From a virus: 64,000 bases of DNA. Position numbers and translations under genes: made by a program. This document shows positions 17,811 to 28,200 of the stretch, piece by piece; positions within the stretch are counted from its first letter, which is position 1, and each line of letters begins with the position of its first letter. The notes beneath the pieces are model-generated. The model did not search any database. It worked only from the letters and a program-made list of their open reading frames with translations, and was not told where the DNA came from. Where the stretch lies: positions 1 to 64,000 of IMG/VR virus record IMGVR_UViG_3300032323_000716. One strand, 5' to 3'.

Positions 17811-17919
17811 TATAAATACTACTAATCGCAGTCAGTGACCAACTGTAGCGGGATTCAACTGTGGTAAACCCGCAATGTAAGGTGGTTATCCGTGAAACGC
17901 GGTGTATTGAGGAGAGCTG
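17811..17919 (+). promoter_or_regulatory. Exact T4 late promoter TATAAATA followed by a ~100-nt structured 5' leader
   Basis: TATAAATA at 17811-17818; stems GCAGT/ACTGT, GCGGG/CCCGC and CCGTG/CGCGG; GAGGAG SD. Confidence 0.55.
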
Positions 17920-18972
17920 ATGGCTATTGGTCGCATTTCCGGTCCGCTCTTAAAGGCTAATCTCATCAGAGATGGTGTAGATCTAGCGTTTGAGACAGAC
18001 CTTTTATATCTCGATGTTAATAACTCACGAATCGGCATCAATAATGCCAGTCCTCAATACGATTTAGATGTAATTGGTACAGCACGTACTACAGATCTTG
18101 AAGTAACTAATCAATTAGACGTAGGTAATATTAATATCACAGGCAACACTATTGCCAGTGATTTACCTGTGATTAGTTTTGTAGCGTCCGGCGGTGAAGC
18201 CACTGCCTATCACAGCAGATTAATAGTAGATGATTTAGAGTTTAGCGGAAACACTATCTCAACTACAGTTTCAAACAGCAACTTAGAACTAAGAGCCAAC
18301 GGTACTGGAAAAGTTGATATCTTGTCAAGAACAGATATCACTGGCAATTTAAACGTAAACGGCAATATTGCAGCCACAGGTAATATCACCATTGGCGGAA
18401 ATTTAATTATAGGTGACAGCATCACAGATACTGTTACAGTTAACGCCAGTATTACCAGCGACTTAGTCCCCCAAACAAATGGAGCATATGATCTAGGATC
18501 CAGCAGTTTTCGCTGGAGAAATGTTTATGCACAGGGAATTTTTGGTAGTACTCTAACACTTAATACTTTTAATATTGGCAATTTAGTTTTATCTGATAAT
18601 ATCATATCAACAACTTTAAATCAAGACTTAGTCTTAGATGCCAACGGAACCGGATTTGTTGTCATTGGTAATTTTAGAATCCGCGGCAGTACCATACAGA
18701 ATTATGTAAATGACAGCATAACAGAAATTGATCAAACCGGAACTGGATTTTTTAAAATCTCCGGAACTAATGCTTTTATACCACCAAAAGGCGATACCGG
18801 TCAGAGACCTACTACATATGCTGTAGAAGGTATGACTAGATATAATACAGATTCTAAAGCGTTAGAAATATGGGACGGTATAGCATGGGTAAGCCCTGCA
18901 GGTACTATCGGTGCTGTATCTGAATCCACTGCTAATGAAATTGCTGTGAAATTTGCACTGACTATAGGATAA
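17920..18972 (+). CDS. Fibre-like virion protein (paralogue of 16704)
   Basis: 350 aa; MAIGRISGPLLKANLIRDG..., YDLGSSSFRW, GMTRYNTDSKALEIWDG. Confidence 0.65.
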   Translation: MAIGRISGPLLKANLIRDGVDLAFETDLLYLDVNNSRIGINNASPQYDLDVIGTARTTDLEVTNQLDVGNINITGNTIASDLPVISFVASGGEATAYHSRLIVDDLEFSGNTISTTVSNSNLELRANGTGKVDILSRTDITGNLNVNGNIAATGNITIGGNLIIGDSITDTVTVNASITSDLVPQTNGAYDLGSSSFRWRNVYAQGIFGSTLTLNTFNIGNLVLSDNIISTTLNQDLVLDANGTGFVVIGNFRIRGSTIQNYVNDSITEIDQTGTGFFKISGTNAFIPPKGDTGQRPTTYAVEGMTRYNTDSKALEIWDGIAWVSPAGTIGAVSESTANEIAVKFALTIG

Positions 18973-18976
18973 AGAA

Positions 18977-19309
18977 ATGCCAACAACATTTAAACAAGCA
19001 ACCTCTGGCAGTATAGGAACTCATGTAGTAGATGTATTAACTGTTAATACAGGTTTTACTGTTACTGTGATCGGTTGCAATCTAGCAAACATTACTGATT
19101 ACGACACAGCAAATGTGGACGTTTATGTTAACGGTGTCGACAGTGTCGATATTACGTATATCAAAGGGTTAACAATACCTCCTAATTCTGCAGTTAAAAT
19201 TATTACCAATGGTGAAAAATTGATTATACCTCAAGGCGGCAGTCTAAGAATAGTCAGCGATTTAGCAGACAGTGTCAGCGCAGTAGTTAGTTACGTAGAG
19301 TTATCATAA
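18977..19309 (+). CDS. Small beta-rich virion protein (paralogue of 15806 and 33642)
   Basis: 110 aa; VTVIGCNLAN...LTIPPNSA...KLIIPQGGSLRI. Confidence 0.6.
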   Translation: MPTTFKQATSGSIGTHVVDVLTVNTGFTVTVIGCNLANITDYDTANVDVYVNGVDSVDITYIKGLTIPPNSAVKIITNGEKLIIPQGGSLRIVSDLADSVSAVVSYVELS

Positions 19310-19319
19310 GGAATAGATT

Positions 19320-19691
19320 ATGGCCAATAACAATTATTATCTTGGTACAGATCCGCAGACTAGATTAGGAGATACTCCTAGGTTTTTCTACGGTTTAAGA
19401 AAAAATGAAAATGGTAGTTTATTTCTTACACGCAGCGATCAGATGAAAGATGCAGACGTTATACAACTTAACGAACCCGGCGACGAAGCAGGAAATTACA
19501 CTGACTTTGAAAGCGGAGTAGATTTTTTTGAAGGCATAGATGTAAACCATAATCCAGTTTTTGAAAATTTAAGAATACAGCAGTACCGATGGGACAACAA
19601 AGCTATTTTTTATTATGTCAACGATGACGGAGAATTAGTGATAAGAGTCAACAACGGATATACATACAACGACCTTGATTCAGAGGATTGA
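19320..19691 (+). CDS. Hypothetical virion-associated protein
   Basis: 123 aa; AAGGA SD; RFFYGLR...QYRWD...YYVNDDGELVIRVN. Confidence 0.6.
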   Translation: MANNNYYLGTDPQTRLGDTPRFFYGLRKNENGSLFLTRSDQMKDADVIQLNEPGDEAGNYTDFESGVDFFEGIDVNHNPVFENLRIQQYRWDNKAIFYYVNDDGELVIRVNNGYTYNDLDSED

Positions 19692-19694
19692 TAA

Positions 19695-22600
19695 ATGGCA
19701 GAATTTAAATTAAGTAGATTTAGATATACTTGGCGAGGAGAATGGAGTTCTTTTTCTCGCTATAATCCCGACGATGTTGTTAGTTATGGTGGTAAAGTAT
19801 ACGTAAGTCTTGAATCACACGCAGCCAACTCAAATTTTTATAACGATTTAAATTTCTTTAATAATGATGTTCCTCCCTTGTTGGTTCCTAAATGGGAACT
19901 AATGGCTGACGGAGTTAGTTGGCTAGGAGATTGGCAGACTGATACATTCTATAATGTAGGTGACATAGTAAAATTAGGCGGTACAGTTTATGTTTGTATT
20001 ACAGGACACACATCAGTAGCCAGTGAAAATGACTTTACTAGTCAGATAGCAAATTGGACTGTGCAGATTAATTCGCAAGATTGGAAAATTGCTTGGCAGG
20101 AAAATACCTATTATAAAATTAACGATATAGTACGATATGGCGGCACTGTTTATCGATGCACTGTTTCTCATCAATCCAGCGACCTTTCCCAGGGATTAGA
20201 ATCTAGTGCAGGTTTCTGGACCACAGTTTCTCTAGCAGATGATTGGAAAGGACTGTGGGAAACGTCAACAAGATTTAAGGCTAGAGATCTAGTACAATAC
20301 GGTGCCAGAGTATATAGATGTGAGGTTGGACACACATCGGCTGCATCAACAACAGAAGGATTAGAAGCCGATCTTGCCAAATGGTCTTTGATATACGACG
20401 GCATACGTCATAGAGGCACGTTTGCTCAAGGAACAATCTACCTTGTAGGTGACACAGTCAAGTATGGATCATATCTCTATAAGGCAAATACTTTCCACTT
20501 ATCTACATCTTCTATAGATTTTTCTTATTTTGATGTATACCTACCAGGACAAGAATTTGACGCTGACTGGCAACCATTGGCGCTATACCAACCGGGTGAT
20601 GTAGTAAATTATGGTGGTAATCTTTATTACGCTCTAAATTTAAATACCAACGCAGTTCCTAGTACAGATTCTGTAAATTGGCAGTTATTGTTCCAAGGCA
20701 GCAGAATGCTAGGAGACTGGAACGGCTTAATCAGTTATCGATTAGGCGATGTAGTGCGCAGAGGCGGCAACATATATGCCTGTTTGCTTGATCATATTAA
20801 CCAAGATCCTGATTTCCTAAACGATAACAGCACAACTAACTCAACTTATTGGGATTTAATTGTTCCGGGAGTTCGTTGGAGAGGAGTATGGCAGTCTGGA
20901 GAGTTTTACTATGCAGGTGATACAGTAGTATGGGTATCGAGTTCTTATCGTTGTCTAGACAAACATCTATCTGACAGTGGTAATCGTCCTGATGACGACC
21001 CAGAAGATGGCAGTACCTTAGAAGGAAGATATTGGGCTAAGATTACCGATGGTAATAAGATTAACAGACTAAAAGAAGTCGGTGATATTAGAACATTTGG
21101 TGACACAGGCGACGGTAGTACTATTGGATTTAAAGCACTTACTGTTGGTACACAAGGTAAAGCATTAACAGCAACTAGTTCCGGTGAAGTTTCTTGGGAA
21201 TTATTGCAAAACACAGATAAGGTATATTACGTAGCAGAGTTTGGCGAAGATATTGCAACTGCTGGAACATCTCCACAGAATCCGTGGAGAACTATTAGAT
21301 ATGCTACAGAAAACATTACTGGTTATGCAACTATATTTGTAAGGACCGGCGTCTACGATGAGATATTACCAATCCGTGTTCCTCCATTTGTAGCCATAGT
21401 TGGCGATGAATTACGCAGCACAGAAGTTCGCCCAGCCAATACACTTTTATCTGCATCTTATATAAATTATATCTTATCGGCAGCAGAATATATTCAAGAT
21501 ATTATTGGGTATGTGATTAGAGAAATTCCTGTTGGAGATAGTATTCTTGCTCCAGGTACGGCAGTTTACGGTACTGTACCTCAAAACTTTTCAGGTACAG
21601 CCGCTACTACTAATGAAGCATTGATTTTAGATTCATTGTTAAATCAATTTATTACACGATTAGAAACTCAAAATCCTGCATCAGTTAATGGTTCAGGATC
21701 TTTAACTATTAATACAGATAGATTAAATGCTCGAGCACAAGTCTTAGCAAATAAATCTTTTATTAAAAATGAAGTAACATTGTATATTGAAAATGTTCTT
21801 ACAGATTCTACAGTCACAAATCTTCCTGCAAGATTTGACGGAGATTTAGATAGAATTATTGACAGCATTTATTATGATTTAGGGTATGTAGGTAACTGGA
21901 AAACTATCGAAGCAGCAAATTATTTCTTATGTGCCAGCGACTACGACATAAACAAAACACAGAATATGTTCTTATTAAGAGACGGCACAGGTCTTCGCAA
22001 TATGACATTTACTGGACTTAGCGGTACGCTGTCAGGACTTTCAACATTAGAAGTTACACAAAGACCTACCGCTGGTGCTTACGCCAGTCTTGATCCGGGT
22101 TGGGGACCTTCAGATAGTTCTGCTTGGGTTGGAACAAAATCACCGTACGTACAAAACGTAACTACTTTTGGAGACGGCTGTGTGGGACTTAAGATTGACG
22201 GGGATTTACATTCTGGCGGAAATCAAACTATTGTTGCTAACGACTTTACACAGATTCTTTCAGATGGTATTGGAGTATGGGCCAACGGAACCGGTCGTAC
22301 AGAATGTGTTTCTGTATTCACATATTATAATCACATAGGCTATCTATGTACTAACGGTGGTAAGATACGCGGTACAAACGGTAACTGTTCATATGGACAG
22401 TTTGGCGCAGTGTCCGACGGATTCAACACCACAGAAATACCAATTACTGCATCTGTAAACAACAGATACTATGATGCTACGGTATATCAGGTATTAGCAG
22501 GCGACAATAACGAATTATTAAAATTCTTCTTTTCAAATGGTGGAGTTAATTATACCACAGCAACAGGAACGATTACCGGTTCTGGTATAAATTCAAATGT

Positions 22601-25151
22601 AGTATTTGACGAATTCCGCAGTGGCGGAGTATCAGAAGTAAGGATTACTGATCCGGGTGACTCGTCAGCAGCAGGCGGCTCTGGATATGTGTTCACTACA
22701 AACTCTGCACAAACTGGTGACGCTACTAGAGTACAAATTGCAGGATCAGATGAAAATCTAGCATCTAATTATAGACAGATGAGATTGGTATTAAGTGCAG
22801 GAACAGGCACTGGACAATACGGATATATCGCAGAATATGATGCTACAGGAAAATATGCCTACATAGGTCTAGAAGGTCAACCTCAAGTTACTGTAACATC
22901 ATCAAGTTCTACAGGAAACATTCTAACAACCAGTTCAACAGAGCATTTATCTGTAAACGATCCTGTGATTTTTGTAGGTACAAAATTTGGTAATATACAA
23001 GATAACACAGTCTACTATATTAGAACATTGCCTAGCGGTACACAATTTACAATTAGTGCTAGTTCAGGCGGTCCTGCATTTAATTTAATTAACGGCAGTG
23101 GCACAATGGTTATGCATCGAATAGGATGGCAGCACTTTGTAGAAGGCACACCTATAGAGGCTTCTCTAAATAATACCACAAATTATTTTATTGAGCCAAG
23201 AATTAATTTTAGTAGTCCTGGTTTCAGTTCAACATCAATGGCGTTGCCAGCATCGAGACAATGGACTAGTATTGCTGCCGGACCAAATAATATCGTAGCA
23301 GTGGCTTTAGATTCAAATATTGCTGTCTATAGCGGCGACAACGGTGCAGCATGGAACAATGGAACTTTGCCAGCCACAGCACTTTGGACCAAAGTCAAAT
23401 ATGTTGGTGGAAGATTTATGGCATTTGCCACAGGCGGTCAAGCAGCCTATAGTACTTCAGGAACTTCGTGGACCCCAATGGCTATGCCTAGCACTGCTGA
23501 ATGGAGAGATGTTGCTTACGGTGACGGTAAATGGGTGGCAGTATCTGTAGGCGGAAACAGAGCAGCAATTTCCACAGATGGTGCTACATGGTCAACATCA
23601 ACATTACCCGAAGGTGCAGACTGGAATGCCATAGAGTACGGCAAAGGTAAATTTGTTACTACAGCCTTAAGTGATTCGTCTACAGGTGTTGCTATTGCAT
23701 ACAGCACAAACGGAACTTCGTGGACTTTAGGTTCAATACCTCAAGGGTCGTATGCATTGGCCTACGGTAATAATAGATTCGTAGCATTATCTGGAGGTTA
23801 CGCAGGTGCTACAGAAGTTTCTACAAGTTTTGATGGTATAACATGGACTGAAAGTACTATAGCAGCCGCAGACTGGAGAGCCATTAAGTATGCAGGCGGG
23901 TTATTTGTAGCAGTGGCCAATGGCAGTGCTAATATGGCGCTGTCTATTGATGGTAGAACATGGACTTATCAATCAATGACTACCTCTGCAGAATATTGTG
24001 ACGTTACATATTCTGAAGTAGTCAATCCTGGAAGATTTATTGCCATAGCAGGTCTTGTGGCTAATTCTACAGTTGGTAGAGTAGTAAGAACAGGTAGAAC
24101 TGCAGAAGCCAGAGCCATTGTGGTAGCAGGAAGAATATCTGCTATCAATATTTGGGAACCAGGCAGCGGATATTCCAGTGCACCTGTAATGACAGTTAAT
24201 GATCCAAACAACAGTTCAGAGGTTGCAACTGCTGTAAGGCTAGGCAGTGGAGTAATTGCTGGACCTACAATAATTAGCGGTGGTGCAGGATTTGAAACTT
24301 CAAGTACTAGAGTTACTATCACAGGTGACGGTTACAAAGATGAATATCAAATAGGTACTGAATTAGTAGTTAGTGGTTTAACTCGTATACCGGGACCGGG
24401 AGATAACGTAACTATTTCCGGCATCGATGATTATATCTATAAACTTCTAACAACAACTATTTTAGGTGGTTCTTTAGGTAACTATCTAGCAAGAATCACT
24501 ATTGCTAAAGATCTTGGTAGAGACGAAAGCCCAGAACATGGAACTTTGGTTGAAATTAGACAATTGTATTCACAGGTTAGACTAACTGGACACGATTTGT
24601 TAGATATTGGATTAGGAAATTTCACAGAAACTAATTATCCAGATACATTAAATCCAAATGGTACAGTAATAGCACCTGAAAATGAAATCATTGAGAGGGC
24701 AGGAGGACGAGTATTTTACACCTCAACTGACCAAGATGGTAATTTCCGTGTAGGAGAATTATTTGCTGTTGAGCAGGCCACTGGTACAGTTACACTAAAT
24801 GCACAGTTCTTTGAATTAGAAGGTCTAGAAGAATTGAGATTGGGTGGTGTTACTGTTGGTGGCTCTGGTGTAGTTATTCGTGAGTTTTCTACAGACGCAA
24901 CGTTCACAGCAGATTCAAACAATATTATTCCTACTCAGAGAGCAATCAAAGCATATTTAAATGCTAGAGTATCCGGAGGCGGAGCCGACGCTATTACAGG
25001 TCAATTAACTGCCGGTATTGTACAGATTGGTCCAGAATCATTAGGGACTACAACAGGCGACGAATTGATTTTTGATGCTAAGGTGAATTTTAGAGGCGGT
25101 ATTGACGGTACGTTCCTTGCGCAGGTTTATTATCTAAGTGCTTCGGTATAA
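19695..25151 (+). CDS. Giant modular virion protein/adhesin (CBM5/12-like repeats, pectin-lyase-like beta-helix, Asp-box propeller)
   Basis: 1818 aa; 8 N-terminal W.G.W....Y..GD.V.YGG..Y.C...H repeats; EILPIRVP..VAIVGDELRS and SPYVQNVTTFG beta-helix motifs; S.DG.TW repeats; C-terminus shared with 25207. Confidence 0.75.
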   Translation: MAEFKLSRFRYTWRGEWSSFSRYNPDDVVSYGGKVYVSLESHAANSNFYNDLNFFNNDVPPLLVPKWELMADGVSWLGDWQTDTFYNVGDIVKLGGTVYVCITGHTSVASENDFTSQIANWTVQINSQDWKIAWQENTYYKINDIVRYGGTVYRCTVSHQSSDLSQGLESSAGFWTTVSLADDWKGLWETSTRFKARDLVQYGARVYRCEVGHTSAASTTEGLEADLAKWSLIYDGIRHRGTFAQGTIYLVGDTVKYGSYLYKANTFHLSTSSIDFSYFDVYLPGQEFDADWQPLALYQPGDVVNYGGNLYYALNLNTNAVPSTDSVNWQLLFQGSRMLGDWNGLISYRLGDVVRRGGNIYACLLDHINQDPDFLNDNSTTNSTYWDLIVPGVRWRGVWQSGEFYYAGDTVVWVSSSYRCLDKHLSDSGNRPDDDPEDGSTLEGRYWAKITDGNKINRLKEVGDIRTFGDTGDGSTIGFKALTVGTQGKALTATSSGEVSWELLQNTDKVYYVAEFGEDIATAGTSPQNPWRTIRYATENITGYATIFVRTGVYDEILPIRVPPFVAIVGDELRSTEVRPANTLLSASYINYILSAAEYIQDIIGYVIREIPVGDSILAPGTAVYGTVPQNFSGTAATTNEALILDSLLNQFITRLETQNPASVNGSGSLTINTDRLNARAQVLANKSFIKNEVTLYIENVLTDSTVTNLPARFDGDLDRIIDSIYYDLGYVGNWKTIEAANYFLCASDYDINKTQNMFLLRDGTGLRNMTFTGLSGTLSGLSTLEVTQRPTAGAYASLDPGWGPSDSSAWVGTKSPYVQNVTTFGDGCVGLKIDGDLHSGGNQTIVANDFTQILSDGIGVWANGTGRTECVSVFTYYNHIGYLCTNGGKIRGTNGNCSYGQFGAVSDGFNTTEIPITASVNNRYYDATVYQVLAGDNNELLKFFFSNGGVNYTTATGTITGSGINSNVVFDEFRSGGVSEVRITDPGDSSAAGGSGYVFTTNSAQTGDATRVQIAGSDENLASNYRQMRLVLSAGTGTGQYGYIAEYDATGKYAYIGLEGQPQVTVTSSSSTGNILTTSSTEHLSVNDPVIFVGTKFGNIQDNTVYYIRTLPSGTQFTISASSGGPAFNLINGSGTMVMHRIGWQHFVEGTPIEASLNNTTNYFIEPRINFSSPGFSSTSMALPASRQWTSIAAGPNNIVAVALDSNIAVYSGDNGAAWNNGTLPATALWTKVKYVGGRFMAFATGGQAAYSTSGTSWTPMAMPSTAEWRDVAYGDGKWVAVSVGGNRAAISTDGATWSTSTLPEGADWNAIEYGKGKFVTTALSDSSTGVAIAYSTNGTSWTLGSIPQGSYALAYGNNRFVALSGGYAGATEVSTSFDGITWTESTIAAADWRAIKYAGGLFVAVANGSANMALSIDGRTWTYQSMTTSAEYCDVTYSEVVNPGRFIAIAGLVANSTVGRVVRTGRTAEARAIVVAGRISAINIWEPGSGYSSAPVMTVNDPNNSSEVATAVRLGSGVIAGPTIISGGAGFETSSTRVTITGDGYKDEYQIGTELVVSGLTRIPGPGDNVTISGIDDYIYKLLTTTILGGSLGNYLARITIAKDLGRDESPEHGTLVEIRQLYSQVRLTGHDLLDIGLGNFTETNYPDTLNPNGTVIAPENEIIERAGGRVFYTSTDQDGNFRVGELFAVEQATGTVTLNAQFFELEGLEELRLGGVTVGGSGVVIREFSTDATFTADSNNIIPTQRAIKAYLNARVSGGGADAITGQLTAGIVQIGPESLGTTTGDELIFDAKVNFRGGIDGTFLAQVYYLSASV

Positions 25152-25206
25152 ACCTATGTGTAAGAGATCGAATAAATATTAATTAATGCGAATTATGGAG
25201 CTATAA

Positions 25207-28200
25207 ATGGCTGAATTTAAACTAGGTAGAATTAGATTTGTATGGAAAAATGACTGGGCGACCGGTATAACATACTATAAAGACGACATCGTTGCCTACG
25301 GTGGGCGCACTTATCTATGCGTAGTAGGACATACTGCTGCTGCTGATTTCTATACCGATCTTGATAACGTTCCGACAAAATGGAACCAATTCAGCGACGG
25401 TCAAGACTGGAAAGGAAACTGGGCCAGTACCACACTGTACAAAGAAAATGACATTGTCAAGTACGGTGGTTATGTGTATATTTGTAATAACGGACATACA
25501 TCAAGTTCTACCCTAGAAGCCAATCAAGGTAATTGGGATCTATTTGCAGAAAGTTTCGACTGGAAAGGCAACTGGTCAACTACTACAACTTATAAAGTTA
25601 ACGACGTTGTCAAGTACGGCGGATATGTTTACCTATGTAACGCTGCTCATACTTCAGCAGCCACAGCCGCACTGGGACTTGAGCAAGATCTATCTAATTG
25701 GGACTTATTCAGCAAAGGTGTAGATTGGAAAGGTGCTTGGGCTACATCAACTAGATACAAAATAGGCGATCTAGTTAAAAACGGCGGAAATACATATGTT
25801 TGTAACCTAGGACATACCTCAGCAGCCACAGCCGCTTCTGGACTAGAAGCCGATCAAAGCAAATGGGATTATTTTAATCAAGGTATTGATTACAAAGGCG
25901 TATGGGTTACTGGTACAAGATACAAACACAACGATATTGTTAAGTACGGTGGCGGCATTTATATCTGTATTACTCCACACACTGCTGCGGCAGCATTTGC
26001 CACAGACGAGGCTAATTGGAATCAAATTGTTGAAGGATTTGAATTTGAAGGTGACTGGGTATCAGGAACAGTATATCAACCGGGTGATGTTGTAAGATAC
26101 GGCGGTAATTCTTATATTGCTAAAACAAATCACACAGCAGTTGGCGGCCAAGTTCCGCCAACACAGCCGTTAACTTGGGATTTATTTGCAGAAGGATTTA
26201 GATTACAGGGAGATTGGACTGGTGGTGGCCAACAATATAAGATAGGTGAAATCGTAAGACACGGTGGATTCACTTATGTGGCAATTGCAGACAGTCAAAA
26301 TCAGTCCCCACCAAATCTCACATACTGGAGTAAATTAAACGAAGGTATTGATTGGCAGGGAAATTGGACTGTAGCCGCAGTTTACAAACTAGGCGACGCA
26401 GTTAAGTACGGCCCAAATTCATACATAGCCATTCAAGGTCATACTGCTACTAACGGTTCAGATAGACCAGACAATGACGGTACAGGCACTTACTGGAATT
26501 TATTAACTGCAGGCAATGAAGAATCTGTACTAACCACAATCGGTGACTTGGTATATTATTCAGGCGCAGGCCCAACAAGACTACCAATCGGTGAAGAAGG
26601 TCAAGTATTGACTGTAAGTTCCGGCCAACCTGCTTGGGAATATTTTGGTAAAATCAAGAATACCTTCTATGTAGGTCCTAATGGCACAGACAGCCCAGCA
26701 CCTATATATGGTCAAACTATTGATCAGCCATGGGCTAGTGTTCGTTATGCCTGTGAACAGATCGATCTAGGTACAGAATATCCTAATGCCGCATATCTAT
26801 TAAAACAAAATAGAACATTTATTCAGCGTGAGATTGCTGAGTGGGTCAAGCGTCAAATTACTTTAGGTACAGGAATTTGGTCAGGATTTACCAACGACAA
26901 CGATGCACTATGTGAAAGAGACATGGGTTTGATTTTAGATGCTATCATCTATGACCTCACACATACAGGTAATATCAAATCTATCGAAGCCACTGAATCG
27001 TATTTCAATACTGCTGGTACAGCATTGATCGCTGCTATTGCAGACGAAGACGAACAGTTAGTAGAAGCCATCAATTACGGTGTTACTTTAATTGGTAACG
27101 TCCTTGCTAATACTGCACCAGCAGCCAACTATCAGGCACTAAATGGTATTTCTGCAGGAGATAGAACACTACAGATCATTAACGGTGCTTACACTGCCGA
27201 AACTGGTACATTGGCCATCTGCCAAGGACTGGCAGCAATTATTACAAATGCAGTTACAGCGGGTAATACCTCAGGAGTACCTGGAAGAGATATTCCTAAT
27301 TATACAGTTAATATTAAAACAGGTTTATTTGAAGAAATATTACCAATCCGTGTACCTAGCAATACTGCGCTAGTAGGAGATGAATTACGTTCTGCTAGAG
27401 TAAGTCCAGCAGGAAAGTTAATTGGTAATAATGACACAGCCAAAACTATTGCTACATTAACACACTTAAAATCTATTACTGACAACATTGTTACAAACAG
27501 TGCAGTTACTCCAACTACAGGCAATAGCGAAACACAAGATACAACCAGCCAAAACGAAGGCAACATTGGATCTACAACTGCCGTTTCAAGATTACAAGCA
27601 GGTGTTGCAGAAATCAAAGATATCTTAGCCAATAATACTCCAGATGCGTTTGTATTAACTAATCCAACTAACTGGGGTACTTCATTAACTGATACTGCGT
27701 ATGCAAGTACAGGAAATGTCACAGGAGCCACTACAGGATACGATAATGCTAGAGCACAGATTCTAGCAAACACAGCATTCATCAAAGCAGAAATCACTGC
27801 TTGGATTGCAGTTCAAGTAGCAGGTAATATTGCACCGTTTACTACAGCATTTACTTATGACAGCGCAGCCTGCGCTCGTGACGTTGAATATATTTTAGAT
27901 GCTATGCGCTATGATTTAACTTATGGCGGTAATACACAGACTATGGTGGCTGCTAAAGCATATTATAGTTTTGGTGTTGCTACATTTGGCGATGGCGAAA
28001 AAGATGAAACATTGGCCGCATACGCAAGGTTAAAAACTGTAGTTGGTCAAGTAATCACAGAAGCCGCGGTTTCTATATCTGCAGGTAACGTATTAACACA
28101 AGATGTTAGCGGTACTGCAGGCGGTACATCTAGCAAGAATTTTGGCGAAGAACGCATTCAGAATATCATCGATCTTATCACAGTTGACGGTGTTGACACA

